Source: Nemertoderma westbladi
Taxonomy: Eukaryota; Animalia; Xenacoelomorpha
NCBI GenBank assembly: GCA_032718475.1
Contig: JAUCBJ010008112.1
Coordinates: forward strand, 3,660-67,659
Reading direction: 5' to 3'
DNA: 64,000 nt
Within the stretch, counting starts at the first letter, position 1; every line of letters begins with the position of its first letter. Below, in pieces: positions 13,464 to 27,600 of this stretch. The translations under genes were made by a program, and so were the position numbers. The notes beneath the pieces are model-generated. The model did no database searches, was not told the DNA's origin, and was given only the letters and a program-made list of their open reading frames with translations.

Positions 13464-14832
13464 TTCGATGTGCTTCTCCTCGAGCTGATTTTCCTCCGCT
13501 TCTCATTGGAAGCGTTCGTCCAAAAACTCTTGTAGAGAGTATGTTCGTCCAAGTTCGATATCTTCTTCGAGATTCTGGATTTCCCGATCGAACTGGGGTA
13601 AAGCCAATTCCTTTACCGCTTGGACTTGCTGCTGCAATTTACGTTTATCTAAACAATCGTAGGTTCCTTTTCAGATCTTTTTTCGAATAGCGTCTAACGC
13701 ATTTCGTACAACGCTCTCCTCCACTTCGGTGACAGGTTGTATCGGAGTTAACCCGGGACGATTATATGGGTTGAATGGCGATATTAGATGTCCGTGTCCC
13801 AATCCGGCTAGGTAGGATGGGCGAATATCTAGAGAGCCCACAACCGGAGTGCCACCGAATAATTGTTCAGGTAACACTAGATCTTTGAACAATGAATACA
13901 ACTCAGGAGGATCCGTCATACTATTAGGATCAAGAGCCCGAGGTCTCACCAGGGAATGAGGAGGTCTGACCGAGTATTCTGGAACTCTGATCATAGGTTT
14001 ATTTAAGGATCGTTTGAGTCGAGCGAGCGTAGGTGATACGTCGAACAAGTTTCGCTCGAAACTCCCATAAGTGTAGCTAGTAAAACTGTGTTTAGCGCAA
14101 CGTCTCCGCGGATGTTTATGTCTTTCCGTTTGTTGGTTGGGTCTAGGGCATTCATCGCAGTAATACCAAAGACGCATGTCTTGTAGGGGAAACGCTGGTG
14201 ATCTTTCTCCAGTTTTATAATATTCCTCCATCTGTTCGAAGCTATCCGGTACAACAGGTAGCGGTTGATCGGCGGTAAGATACATCATAGTGAAATAGAG
14301 TCATTTGATTTCTATCATAGGGTTATGATGTATACCTTGAGGATATCGAGTTTCTAGATTTTGTTGACTGGCTACATTGAGATATGTTTCTCTCAAGAAT
14401 TCCAAATATTCGTTGAAGTCACTGCGTTTATCCGGCTCTTCAACATTCAACATCTTCTCTTTCGAGTCGGTTTCGAATATAATTTTCATGTTCGATTCTC
14501 AGTTTATCATTCCGACTCCGCTGGGTATGATACTTAAATAGAATCATTTCCATTTCGGTGTCTACATCGTCCGTATCATGTAAATCGATAGGATGACCAG
14601 TAGTTAAGAAGTCCATATACGTACCATTACGATGCGTATAGCGAGCGGTGAATTTTCTATAGTCCAATTCACGCTGGAGCTGTTCCTTTGACATTGGCGG
14701 TTCGATATAGCGGCCATCGTCTTCCGTAGTATGTTGACTAGCGTCGCCGCTTATTAAGCTATCAACAAACGCTTGCAATGGTGGGGTATATCGCTCCCTG
14801 ATACCAAGATCATCTTCTATCAACTCAGTCAT
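13464..14832 (-). pseudogene. Element A ORF2, disrupted N-terminal part
   Basis: 14489 to 10572 is one reading frame broken by three TGA codons, plus one frameshift near 14470. K*LYFTMMYLTADQPLPVVPDSF aligns with B's SRLYHTMQYLKAHEPMPAVRDEF, and a CxxC...CxxH motif is shared. Confidence 0.75.
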
Positions 14833-15945
14833 AGCTGCTATATGAGTTTATCGATATTATAATTGATAATAATTAGGCCAGCGGTCGTTGCTGCCTCCCC
14901 CTCAGTGCCCCCGGACAGCGCAAGATCCTCAGCGCTGATGCACTGTCGTCGCTGTGCCTCTCGCCAACGTAGTAGCTACACAACGACAACAATAACCAGC
15001 GCGAGTCACTCCACTGTCCGTCCCAAGGGCTTAGATATACTGGAGGTACTTGCTATAGAGGCAGGGTAACTTTCACAACTGCGACTCGCTACTGTAAACA
15101 CACTTTAGTAGTAACATTCACCTATAAATACACAAATTCCACATTCCTGTCACAATTTGTACAAATTCGGGCCATTTGTCCGTTAGTCAAATGCCTTCCA
15201 GAATGCCACGTTATTATTATGTATCCCTGGATACTAGCAAGGTGCTATTTATTCCGCATTCTATTCAATGGGGCAAGCTTTCTATTGTTCTTTTAACTCA
15301 CTTCTAATTCTAGCGTGGTTGTTGCTATGGTGACATTATGGAAAGCTAGCGGTAGAATTAGAGTAATTCTCATGCATACAGATCTGGGATGCTATTTAAT
15401 AGTGATTCTTTAATTGTCATTATTCCCTTTATACATGATTTTATGAATTTTATCGGCTATTGACTGTACACTGGAGATTCTCTCACACTAATATACTTAA
15501 TAGGGTGAATCTCTGCTCCCATGATCTATTAATTAATGGAATTTTGGGAATGTTATAAATTGTATAAAATGACAATTTATCAAATTCATGAGAGGATATG
15601 AATTTAAAATTTATTCCCGTGAATTTTATTATTTGATATTAAAATAGATACAATTTTATTCCAGAACATAGCTGGGAACTAGGATCCTTAATTCCAGAAA
15701 TTTGTCTTTTAAGAGTATCGGTAAGTACTACGATACCTTAATCGACTAGAATTTTAGAGGATCGAAATTTTTAACAGATTTTGATTTATAAATTTTCTAG
15801 AGTCAATTTGTTAGCATTTCCTCTATTTTAACATTTGTTTTAACAAACGTAATAAATATTTATTACATATTTAATATTTAAGATGGGCACCGATTTATTC
15901 CAGAACATGTCTGGGGACGTTAACCACTGATTCTAGAATTTTGTC

Positions 15946-17876
15946 TATAGAATTATATTCCCTAAATGCCGTGGATTTTCAAAATTTTATTTTATTCGGA
16001 TTAACTTTTGTAAAGATTGCTTTAAGTTCTCATTCGTATTGGTTCTATCATTTGTACATCTATCGGTCAAGTGGTTCAGTAGCTCAGTTGGTAGAGCGTT
16101 GGAAATTATATGTGTAGTAGGTATCGAGTTCGAATCCTAGTAAGTGCGAATTATTTTTTGTACAGAATTTCAACTCATTTAAATTAACCGCTACAAATTA
16201 ATTGCATTCGTCTGTACCAATGAGGCTGTAGTTATTTGATTGTAACCAATGTCGTGCAAGTTATATATTAGCTGGACCAATAGCTATCTTTAAAACCCCG
16301 TTAGAACCCATAGAACAATCGAGAATTTTCTCGATTGATTGCGGCACAAATTTGCTATATAAAGGTGCGATTTGTTCATTAGTTATCAATCTACACTACT
16401 TCAATATTCTCTCAGTTATTTAGTTATCTGATATTTGTTTATTCTGTGCTTAGTTTATTCTCAGATTACATTGTATTATAATTGTATCTTCTGTAATAAA
16501 GTCAGAATATTCTCTCAGCTTTTCTATCTGTTTTACTATGGATTCACTACGGTGAACAAACTCAGGGACAGGATGGCCGGCTAGAGATCGGGCCGCAGCA
16601 ATGAACGGGAACATCACGGGAATGTAGACGAGAGACAACCCGCAATACCATCTAGAGTTATTCGCCCATCGCCTGAAAGGTTAGACAGCGTTCGATCCTT
16701 GCTACCTAAGTATAAGACCAAAAGATCAAAAGGTAGACGTAGTGACACGCTGTAAGCCCAAAATTACATCATAGGGACTGTACTGTCTTGATTCAGGAAA
16801 ACCCACAGTAGACCTTCACATTCCTACGGGGGAGGGAGAGCGCAGGCAGATACTAGTACGCAGATAGGACGTAGGCACACCGGTACAAGGCATACACATT
16901 GGTTAGGGTGCAGCAAACTGTACGCTTAACTCTTGCTAAGTACAGGTGCGCGTGCGACTATTTGCAGTACGACAGTGTCCATTGCATTAGAACTTGTAGG
17001 CTAGGGGGGTTGCTGTGTTTTCACCTGAATTGGGATTGTACCGTTCAGGCGGTAGGGCAGTTTACGTACTAGGCGCAAATAAATTGAGGCTATCAGGGAT
17101 ACTAACATCTACCGTGTCCCCGCCAACGCCCTAATAGGAAGTTACCCGGACTACCTGGGTGACTAAAATTCTAGATAGGAGCCAGGATAGCTATTAGTAC
17201 CTGTACGCCTACAGTAGTAAACTAACACATCTCTTCTTAGTATCAGGGACCTGGTACCTAAAATTGCCGAATTCTGGGCGTAGTATTAACCTTATGCCTG
17301 AATTTGAGTCCTGGAAATACGCAAGAGGGGAAGGAACCTTATCATTCGTGAGTATTGGACCTACAAGTTACAAAATTAGAATATTCGTAAATGCACACCG
17401 TACCCAGTAATTATATATGTGAAGGAGCAAAACTGTTTTGACCGTTCAGAATTAACACACGCGCGTTAGAAATTATTTACACCTCGAAATATATAAAATT
17501 AACTTTGTCCGTACTGTGCTTTGCCCGCTAGTTAGACATCTCCAAATCTCTGCCTGTACCTAGCTAGCGTCCCTTTGCCCAACCATATAAATCACACCGC
17601 GGCAAAGTATACGAGCCCCTTAGTCCGTCAGTGAGTCAGCCTGATTTTAGGATTCGCTGTGCGGGATTTTGTTTTATCGAAGTTTGTCTGCTCGTAGACT
17701 GTTTTCTGCCTCACCGGTTATAAGAGATCAATACTGCAATATATTCGCTTACTTAGAGTTTACTGTTTTGGTGAGAAGGTCGGATTTATGATTTGATTTA
17801 CAAACTTTACAGTAAGATATTGCAGGTATTGTTACCGTCTCTTCCAATAGTAGGAATAGGCGTATCTCTTCAATTA
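15946..17876 (+). repeat. 5' LTR of element B
   Basis: Matches 30100-32030 at offset 14154, with only three substitutions noticed by eye. CCAAT boxes at ~16217-16281 and TATATAAA at ~16357. Confidence 0.95.
16072..16160 (+). ncRNA. tRNA-like Pol III cassette inside the LTR (second copy ~30226-30314)
   Basis: A box TAGCTCAGTTGGTAGAGC, B box GAGTTCGAATCC, then a T6 run. Acceptor and anticodon stems do not form convincingly. Confidence 0.6.
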
Positions 17877-17887
17877 GTAGGAATGTG
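17877..17887 (+). promoter_or_regulatory. putative self-priming PBS of element B (GTAGGAATGTG)
   Basis: Abuts the 5' LTR, lacks TGG, and is the exact reverse complement of CACATTCCTAC at 16817-16827. Confidence 0.55.
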
Positions 17888-18683
17888 TTTTACTGAACTA
17901 CGGTTCGGTAGGACTAAAGTTATTTGAAAATTTTGTATTTTGAGGTAAAAATTTGTATTTGATTAGCTAAGTGCTAATTTTAAAATAAAATTTGATTTGA
18001 ACCGCGTGTAAAATATTTTTGGAATTGAATACCGGTGTTTAAAAGGGTTTAAATACCATATTGTACCGGTACAAAATTTTCGTAAAGTAAAACCTAACTC
18101 TTTTGTTTTTTCAGGATTCAGAACTCATTTCTAGACTGTAACGGGAGCAAGACCGTGTTTAGCAAGTTTGGGAGATAGATAACTCAACAACTTTGGTTGG
18201 GAAAATCGCGTTTCGTCCGCAACGTTAAAAACGGAAAGGTTCACGTTCGGTTTGTATCTGGGAATCTGTTTTTCTGGAGAATTATTGGAGTGGGTGAGTT
18301 CGAAAAGTTGCATAAATAAGTTAGGCATTACCGTATTAGTTAAAATTATTGTGGGTTCCACTGTCTCAAGTATTTATGCATTCCGTATGATTTCTTTGTT
18401 CATTGCTGAATTAGTCCGTATTATTGTATTTAATTTACCTTTTGATAACGCATATCGTTATCCGATTTATTTGTTATAAAATTGGCTGCTAGGCTAATTT
18501 TATTATATACTTATTCCGTGACATTTATTTGCTGTAAAATTGGCCGTTTAGGCTAATTTTATCCATCTGCTATAAAATCGGCCGGTAGGCTAATTTTATA
18601 AGACTGTAATTAGTACCGTTTTGTATAAATACGGTAAAACTCGATACTTTGACACTCACTTTACTTGACTTACAACTACCGAA

Positions 18684-21600
18684 ATGAGTGACAAACAAGA
18701 CTATACGAAAAATACACAAACCGACTATGACTCATGTGACGCGGATAAGTCAGCAGCGGAAGGACAACAGGGGAAGACTCGCGAGCCTACCGAACCTACA
18801 CCGTGTGCGTCACCAGTACATCCAACGGGAGTACCGGATGCCGTAGTACGAGGCGACGGCAGGACCGAGGACTTTCTAACTGTTCCGCAACCTAGATACA
18901 GGGAAACGGACATGGTAAGTTCAGCAGGAAGCACAGAAAGTGTGGTTAGAAGCGTCGGAGGTTACATGGCGCATATAACCAGGAGTATTGGAGAAGGCCA
19001 ACGCATATTAGACGGGTTGACCGCTCCGATGTCTCGATTCGAGTTCTACACCCTCCAGGTTAGAGTACAGAGTAAAGTATATAAGTCCGTAGATAATCTA
19101 GTTGGCCTACAAGATCTAGCTAGACAGAGACAGGACATGGATACTCAACTTAGAATCCTCGAGAAACTAATGATCACTAGAGAGAAACTGATTCAGTTTA
19201 AGTCGACGATTAGACAGATACAACAGGAACAAGCGGACCAGTTGTTAGGTGAGTCAGTTTCGGACGAATTATTACAACCCGAGGAAGAACAGGAACTGTA
19301 CCGACTGGATGGACAATTAAAACACCTGACGGACCACTTACGTATGTGCGGCGAAGACGTCGGAGATTGGGAAACCGTGCCGGAATATACGAAGGAAACT
19401 TCACCCGTACGAATTGAATCGGCACCGGGAATACTGGACCAATCGTTGGTAAGTATTCGTAGCGAAATCTGCGAGGGAAGTATAGTCACGTCAGAAGTTG
19501 CTCGACAACAGCAAGAATTCCACCGACAACGACAAGAAATGGAAGAACAAGCTCAACTTCTAGTGATGCAAGCAGCAGTAGAGGAAGAGAAGCTACGCGT
19601 TGCGAATATAGCAAGAATCTCTCATCTACAGGAACAAGCTGAATTAGAAGCAGCTGAAGTAGAAAGGTTAGAAGTAGACATTGCCCGACAAGCGGCAGCG
19701 GCAGCGGCCGAGGTAGAGCGACGAGCGGCAGCGGCCGAGTTAGAGCGACGAAACGCAGCGGCCGAGTTGGAGCGACAAACGGCAGCGGCAGAATTACAAC
19801 GAGAAAGGTTAGTTTCGGAAGCGCGGGCCGAAATGAAAACACGGCAAATAAAAGCTCAATCCGCTATACGACAAGCGGAGTTTGAGGCGCAACGACAACA
19901 AACGGAACAACGAGAGAAGACAGTGAAACTTCATTTCGAACTCGAGAAGAAGGCGAGAGAATTAGCGAACGCCGAGGAAGATTTGGATCAAAAGGCCCGC
20001 GATAGATCGATGAGATCTCGTGACGGACATGATTTGGACCAGTTAGAGGTAAGACATCGCCAAATTCAGGAACGGAAGAAGGAAGGAAGCGTAGGAGCAC
20101 CCGGACGGGAACGACAATTAGTAAAAGACGTGTGTCAACGATTCCCACAGGTAACTCATATGTTTGCACCGGTTACGAGTAAGGAACCTGTTTCGATTGC
20201 GGGTAGTAGTGATATTTCTCCTATCCATGGTGCGACGGAACACAGGTTTGTTATTCCGGACGAGTTTACACCGCCAAGAGCAACGTCGTCGCCCATTCCG
20301 AAAGTCAAGGTAAGTAACCCACCGATTACGGATCGTAGTAGTTTATTGACCGGACCTGCGCTACTGACGACAAAACAGGTGAGTCCACCGTCGACACCTA
20401 AACCCGTTACACACTACGCTTACCCAATGACGTTTCGACCAACAAGGCCTTTGGATTCAAATGCTGTCATTCGCCCACCGAACCAGTTTACATCGCAATC
20501 TACGACTTCGAGGAAGACTTGTGAGCCTACCGAACAACGGAGAACAGAGACGCGACCATTCAACCATTTTACATCGCAATCTACGACTTCGAGGAAGACT
20601 TGTGAGCCTACCGAACAACGGAGAACAGAGACGCGACCATTCAACCAGTTTACATCGCAATCTACGACTTCGAGGAAGACTTGTGAGCCTACCGAACAAC
20701 GGAGATCAGTGGACGATGTTCCGAAACGAAACGTGAGAATTCGTACGACGCAACGAACGCGAGCACGTCGACCACCATATCCGGATGATAGTAGTACTTC
20801 GAGCGAATCGGATTACCCGAAACGCGAGGTATTTAGAACAGGGGCGGCCGATGAATATAAACGCGAGCGTTCAGACAACTCCTTTGCAGACAATCCTCCA
20901 CAGAATACACCAACACAGAAGGCGTTACAACCAACGGACGCAATTAGTACACAACAGTTCGCCGACATCCTGCGACCAGTTGTTAACAAGTTGGCTCAGA
21001 TCGAGGAACGTCTGGAGGAAGGTTACACCGACAGTTCGAGAAATTCCGAATTCGAACACAATAGACACCCGAAGGAACCACAAAGACCGGTACCTTCAAA
21101 CCCCACATCGTATCAGGGAAAAGCGCCAAGAAGGGATATCAACCAAGTTACCAACCAAGGACGCGAAACTCTGAACGTTGCCGAGGAGATAGCGAAATTC
21201 GCAGCCAGACAGGGATTGCCGGTACAACAACCACCGAAGTTCTCCGGTAGCTCAAAACACTGGCATACCTTCGTAGACTATATCGAATCCCAGATCGCCG
21301 TGTGCGCCTTTACATCACGGGAGAAGTTCAATTACTTGCTCCAAACGTTGTCAGGAGAACCTAAACGTTTGGCGGAGACTTTCGTCGGTGTACCGGACGC
21401 TTTCGAACTAGCGTACGATCGTTTAACTTCGATATACGGAGGTACAGTGAGCATGGCCAGGTCAGTAATAGAGGAACTCTGTAAGGGAGGGGCTATCACT
21501 AAACCCGTCGACTTACTAAAACTAGCTGACGAGATCAAGAACGCTATCACTACCTTAAGATCAATTGGACAACTTGATTACGGGAATACCCCTACAGTCC

Positions 21601-24600
21601 TATTAAAGATAATAGGACGACTCCACCATCGACTTCGTCGGGAGTGGAGGAAGGTCGAATACCAGCGAGAGGAGCGGGGAGGATTCTTAAAATTAGAAGA
21701 TGTGTACCTTTTAATATCCAGGGAGGCGGTAGTAGAAACTCGATCTAACTACACCGACCAGCACATCGTGGCAGAAGGAATCACACTGCCATCCTCTAAC
21801 CGACAAAAACCCCAGACAACATCCACTAAGACGGCCACTTACGCCACACCGACGGAATCACGACAATTCTCAGACGGTAATAGAGTATCTGCGCCCATTG
21901 GGACGAAACAGACGAGACAGCAACTCAGCACCGACTTCAGTGGCTGCCAATACTGCGAGCATCTAGGTAAGCGGTATATCGGTCACAAGTTACGAGGTTG
22001 TCGACAATTTCGCGAGTTGAACTCGGAAGAACGACGGCTGCAAATACGGCCACTGGACTCTTGTTGGCGGTGTACGCGACACGGACACGTCCGTAAAGAC
22101 TGCCCAAATACCGACACTTGTCCATCCTGTGGACGCAATCACGACGGTCTGCTCCACACAGACAGCCACACGCCGACGAAACGCTTCGCCAGGGAACACC
22201 CGGAAGCAGCAGCGAGATGTGATGCGGCTTACCAAAAACGAGAATCAAAAACGACTCCAACCTTCGTGACCCATATTGAGGATTGCTTCTCAGAACAATC
22301 CGGATCGTCGGATGAAGAATCAGAAGACGACGATGAATATTCCAATGGAGACGAACAACCGTCGATCGCGCTCCTGACTACTGATCAACTGAAGGGATTC
22401 AGTGTAATCCCGATTAAGGTTACTGGCACAAAGGGGAGCAAGAGGATCTATGCGATTCTAGATTCAGCCTCATCCCATAGCTACGTGGACGAAAAGATAG
22501 CTGACGTCGTGACGGATCTAAAACAAGGTAAGCACGTCAGTTATACAGTAAGTAGTATGCACGGACAGCGTGCAATACCAGTGACACGAGTCAAGTTAAA
22601 CTTAGACTCTCTTCTTCCAAAATCGCAACACAGCGAGAGGGAGAGGTCTTTGTTGCCCTTTAGAGATCTAACCTTTGCGGCTACGAAGGACTTTAGTAAC
22701 CTACTAGGTCCAGTACCGGAACAATCTCTAGAGGACCGTAAGTATTTCAGACACCTTGGTGTACCCGAATGTCCTGTCAATTATAGATCGGTAGCAATGC
22801 TGATCGGGACAGACCAATTCAACCTACATCAGGTGTGGGAAACCAGACCATCGGCAGTTGTAGCGGGAAACGCATACGCCTGCAGAACGCCGATAGGGTG
22901 GTATACTCGAGCGCCTGTGCGCACACTAGACGTAAGTGACGAGGAAGACGATGTACAGAGTACATGTAGTTTATTAACTACAAATTCAATTCATTCCTTT
23001 TCACACGACGTGAACCATACTACACTACAGTCGACAAAACACGACAGACGTGTAACTAGTATGATAAGTCACAAGGAGCAGCTAACCCACAAGGTGAGTT
23101 TAGAACTTGGGGAGAAGACGAGTCAGCTGGAGATTCCATCGACGACAGATGATAGGCTTGCGAGTCTACCTACCCCAATAACCTCAACAGTGCCCGTCGA
23201 TATCGATGATGACGCGTTGAGAAATCATCAGTTGGAACAAGCCGCCTTGGACAAAGAATTAACGGAGAAGACTATCAGGTGGTTAGAACAAGATACAGCT
23301 GAACCTGGTAGCTACGAACCTTGTATGTCGGAACAGGAGAAACAATCTCTGAAGATCATGGAAGATACTATCCGCCAGACGAAAGACGGACATTATGAGG
23401 TAGGGATGTTATGGCGTAGCCAAAGTCCTAAACTTATAAACAACTATCCACTGGCTTTAAGACGTCTACACTCAATACGGCAACGTCTATTGAAGGACGA
23501 GAAAGCCCATCTGCAGTATAACACTCAGATGGAGACGTATTTGACAAAGGGATACGCTATCCGAATGACTAACCCGGAGCGAGTGACCGACCAGACGTAC
23601 TACTTGCCACATCACTACGTGAGACACCCCGACAAACCAGACAAAGTACGTGTAGTCAATGACTGTGCGGCTCTGTTTGAGGGAATGTCCCTCAATAGTG
23701 AGTTGATGGATGGACCGAACATGAATAATTATCTTATGGGGGTGATTATGCGCTTCCGTCAGCGTCAAGTAGCCTTTACTTGCGACGTTGAAGCGATGTT
23801 TCACCAAGTAAAAGCGTTAGAGCGAGACAGAGACAGTTTGCGGTTCCTCTGGTATCCGGAAGGAGACTTAAGCCTACCACCAGCGACTTACCAAATGCAA
23901 GTTCGCGTTTTCGGTGCCAGAGACAGCCCAAATTGTACGATGTACGCCCTAAAGCAAGCCGCTAGGGATCAGAAACATCTATATGACCCAGAGATAATTA
24001 GAATTGTGGAGCGTGACTTTTACGTTGATGACGGATTACAGAGTTGCGACACAGTAGAACGTGCTACAACAGTAGCACATCAATTACGGGACTGCTTGGC
24101 GGGCGGAGGTTTTAACCTCACCAAATTCGCCTCAAACAGTGCCGAATTAGTAGACTCATTCGGAACTACTGAGCGTGGAGGTGGTGACATAGACCTAGAG
24201 TTCGAACCACTACCGACGACTAAGGTGTTAGGGCTCTTTTGGGACCCAAACACAGACAACTTTCGAGTGAAGGTGAGACTGGACAGTCAAGGGAACACAC
24301 TGACAAAGAGATCATGCTTGTCAAAATTGAGCCGATTGTTCGATCCGTTAGGATTCATCAGTCCAGTGATACTGCAAGCCCGCATTTATATGCGCAGTAT
24401 CTGGAAGGATGGACTAACATGGGACGAGCCGATCTCATCAGACCAAGTGGACTTATGGAAGACCTGGGAGGCGGAATTATCTTCGCTAGAGGATTATTTC
24501 ATACCCAGGGTTTACTTTCCATTGCAAAGTACATTTCCTGACAACTTGGAACTACACTGTTTTTCTGACGCCAGTGACAACGGTTTTGGTGTGGCAGCGT

Positions 24601-27600
24601 ACTTACGCAGACAAGTAGAATCAGACGAGTTCGATGTTTCGCTCATTACTTCTAAGGCTAAGACCATGCCTACTAAGTATATGACGACACCACGAGCCGA
24701 GCTACAAGCCGCAACCCTGTCAACCACCATCGTGAACCTCATACAGACAGAACTACAGTCGAGTTTACAGATATTTTATTGGACTGACGCGACGTTGGTT
24801 TTATTTTACATAAACAACGACACACTCGAATTCAAGACATTCGTTGCTAACCGTCGCGCGGAAATTCTAGACCGTTCAATAAAAGGGGATTGGCGACATT
24901 GTCCCGGACCACAAAACCCAGCTGATATTGCGTCGCGAGGAATGATGCCTGAGGAATTCTGTAAACCGGAGAACAAAGAGTTTTGGCAACACGGACCCCA
25001 GTTCTTGCAGAAATCGACACAAGATTGGCCTCCGTTATACGACAACAAGTCCAACACTATTCCCAAGGACGCCGAAATCAAGAAACCAAAAAAGGGGAAG
25101 ACAAAGAAAAAGACGACGGCGGCGAAACTCAAGAAAAAACCGAAGGCGAAATGGAAAGATATAACTTCAAAGGTCAAGAGAGGAAGACTTGCGAGCCTTT
25201 CTACACCAGACATATCGCCAGACGGTCAACCAGACACGTTACCAGACGGTCAACCAGACATGTTACTAGACAGCCAACCAGACATTTTGCCAGACATATC
25301 ACAAAATGTTCCACCAGACGCTAGTAACACACTGACAAACAGTAAAGCCGCAGTTTCCCTATTGGAGCGGCCTTCTATTGACAAACAACCAGATACGTTA
25401 CTAGACGTATCGCCAGACACATTACTAGACAGTCGACTAGACACTAGTAATGTATTGACTAACAATAAAGCCGCAGTTTCCCTATTGGAGCGGCCTTGTA
25501 TTGACAAACTACCAATTTTGACACACTTGAGCAACCATAAGCACGGTGAAACCTCATGTATTACAGATGTTAACTACACCCTAATTATGGAGAAAGGGAT
25601 ACAAGGAGAGCCGAGATGGGGATATGATATCCAAGAGGAGGCAGCAGCACCATTCGAAAGATTTGGAGCCAAGGATTATACTATATTCGGTATAAAAGAA
25701 TTATCGGAAAGTACAGCGAAACTCGCGAGAACTAAATATGACTCGAATGTATTAAAGAGAAGGCAAAACGCATTGAACGAAAGAATCGAAAGTTTGCGCC
25801 AAACCTTCAACGAACTTTACCCGTACGATGCTTTGTGTGATACGGGAGACATTAGCGAAGACCCCGATACTGAAATTAGTCGTTTGTATCATACCATGCA
25901 ATACCTAAAGGCGCACGAACCTATGCCCGCGGTACGCGATGAATTCGATGGAATGCATCTTTACAGACGAACTCGAGGGGACGATAGAGAAACCAAGGAA
26001 GCATTTTCAGTTTATAAACTTTATTATCAATGCGGTTCTTGTATGCGCGAACAACGAAATGCGATTCCGATGCGTTTGAATAAGGAAAATCCCGAACCGA
26101 TATTGGCGAGGTGTTCGAATCATCAACAACTACGCTACCAGGAAGGAGGGTATCCTTTATCGAATCCATATCATTCATTTGCTATGACCGGACCAAAGGC
26201 GGGAGAAACTGTCATTTACCCACCTAAGGTTGTTGAACCCGATGTATTTGAACTTACGCTGGACGAGGCGAATCAGTCAACCCGCGAAAAGAAAGAAGCT
26301 CTTAGCCTATACAGAGCCTACAAGGCTTTCGAGAAAGGTGAGATGGAAGAATGGGGTGGAAGACTCGCGAGCCTACCTTGCCATTGGACGTCACACGATC
26401 AAACTTCAGCTAAGGAGATGACACCGGAAGTTTTCGAGAGCATAAACTTTGCTCAAAACGTTATTCAGAGACTACAGATTGCATCCCCGGAGAGGCCAAG
26501 AGAAATGCAACCGTATAGTACTTCAACTACGAAACCATTGAGTACGACACTCAATTTCCCTATTAGTATACCAGTCCGACAGGATACGACGTACGAAATA
26601 CCCATCGTGGATCATCCAGAAATCATTTCAAACTTGGAGTTTCTTCCTGCAGTTGTTTTCAGCGATATGAGTAAGATATATGATTTACGTAGACATATTA
26701 CTCAAAAGGTCGTGCACAACGTTCCACCTCATATTCAAGATTTCAAGGAACTGGATAGAGCTGGTGCCGACATAGCTCCGAGTAATCTGAAAGGATATCT
26801 AACCAAGACGATTCGTTTATGGATTGGAACCGGAACCTTCGAGTCGGATACAGATATTGCCGCAGATTGGCGAGGTAAGGTTATTCGTTTCGATGAGGAT
26901 AAGGATATAGAGAAGATTTGGCAACCTTCGGAAGAATTGTTGGATGAATGGACTAGGACGTTTAGATCGTTTCAGGAAAACGGTTATATGTTTTACGATA
27001 ACGAGGGCGGCAGTCATCAGCAGAGTTTGACTTCTAAGACTATACAGATTAGAGCGGCGGACGGAGTCCTGCACGTTTTCAGTAGACAGAGGAGCGACAA
27101 ACGAATGCCGATACCTCCAGCGAATACAAAGCGACACCATCTTATCACCGATATAGTAAAGAAGATGGACCAAGCTTGTAATATTGACGCTAGAATGCTA
27201 CCGAAGATGGTAAGAAACATGATTTTAGATAAAACTGTTGTAAAGGTTGGATCAGGAGTAAGGGAGGATTTAATTAGCGACTTCGCCGGCATGACGGACA
27301 GCGATGACCGACTACCGACACCATACGTCGACACTCGACCTCTTATTCTGTGGTCTATAGAACAGGGATATTTTCGTGAGTATAATACTCAGAAGACTGG
27401 AACTGGATACATTTCCTACCTGTTATTCAATTGGGATTATAAGGAAGGTAAAAGAAACAAGTATATTGAAACTTATGGAGAAGGTGATACTCCAGATATG
27501 AGTGAGTTTGAATCACAGCTTAAATGGAGAGGATGCGTGTATTGGGCTATTACGTCACCTCCAAGAGCGGTCTTACAATATTATTTAGCAATAGAGTCGT

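Noticed and set aside
16072-16150. Functional tRNA gene
   Set aside because: A and B boxes are present, but acceptor and anticodon stems do not pair.
16450-16638. 62-aa ORF duplicated at 30604
   Set aside because: Antisense ORF within the LTR. Its identity only reflects LTR duplication.
17769-17786. TGGTGAGAAGGTCGGATT as a tRNA PBS
   Set aside because: It lies inside the LTR and is present in both copies, about 90 nt before the TSD-defined end.
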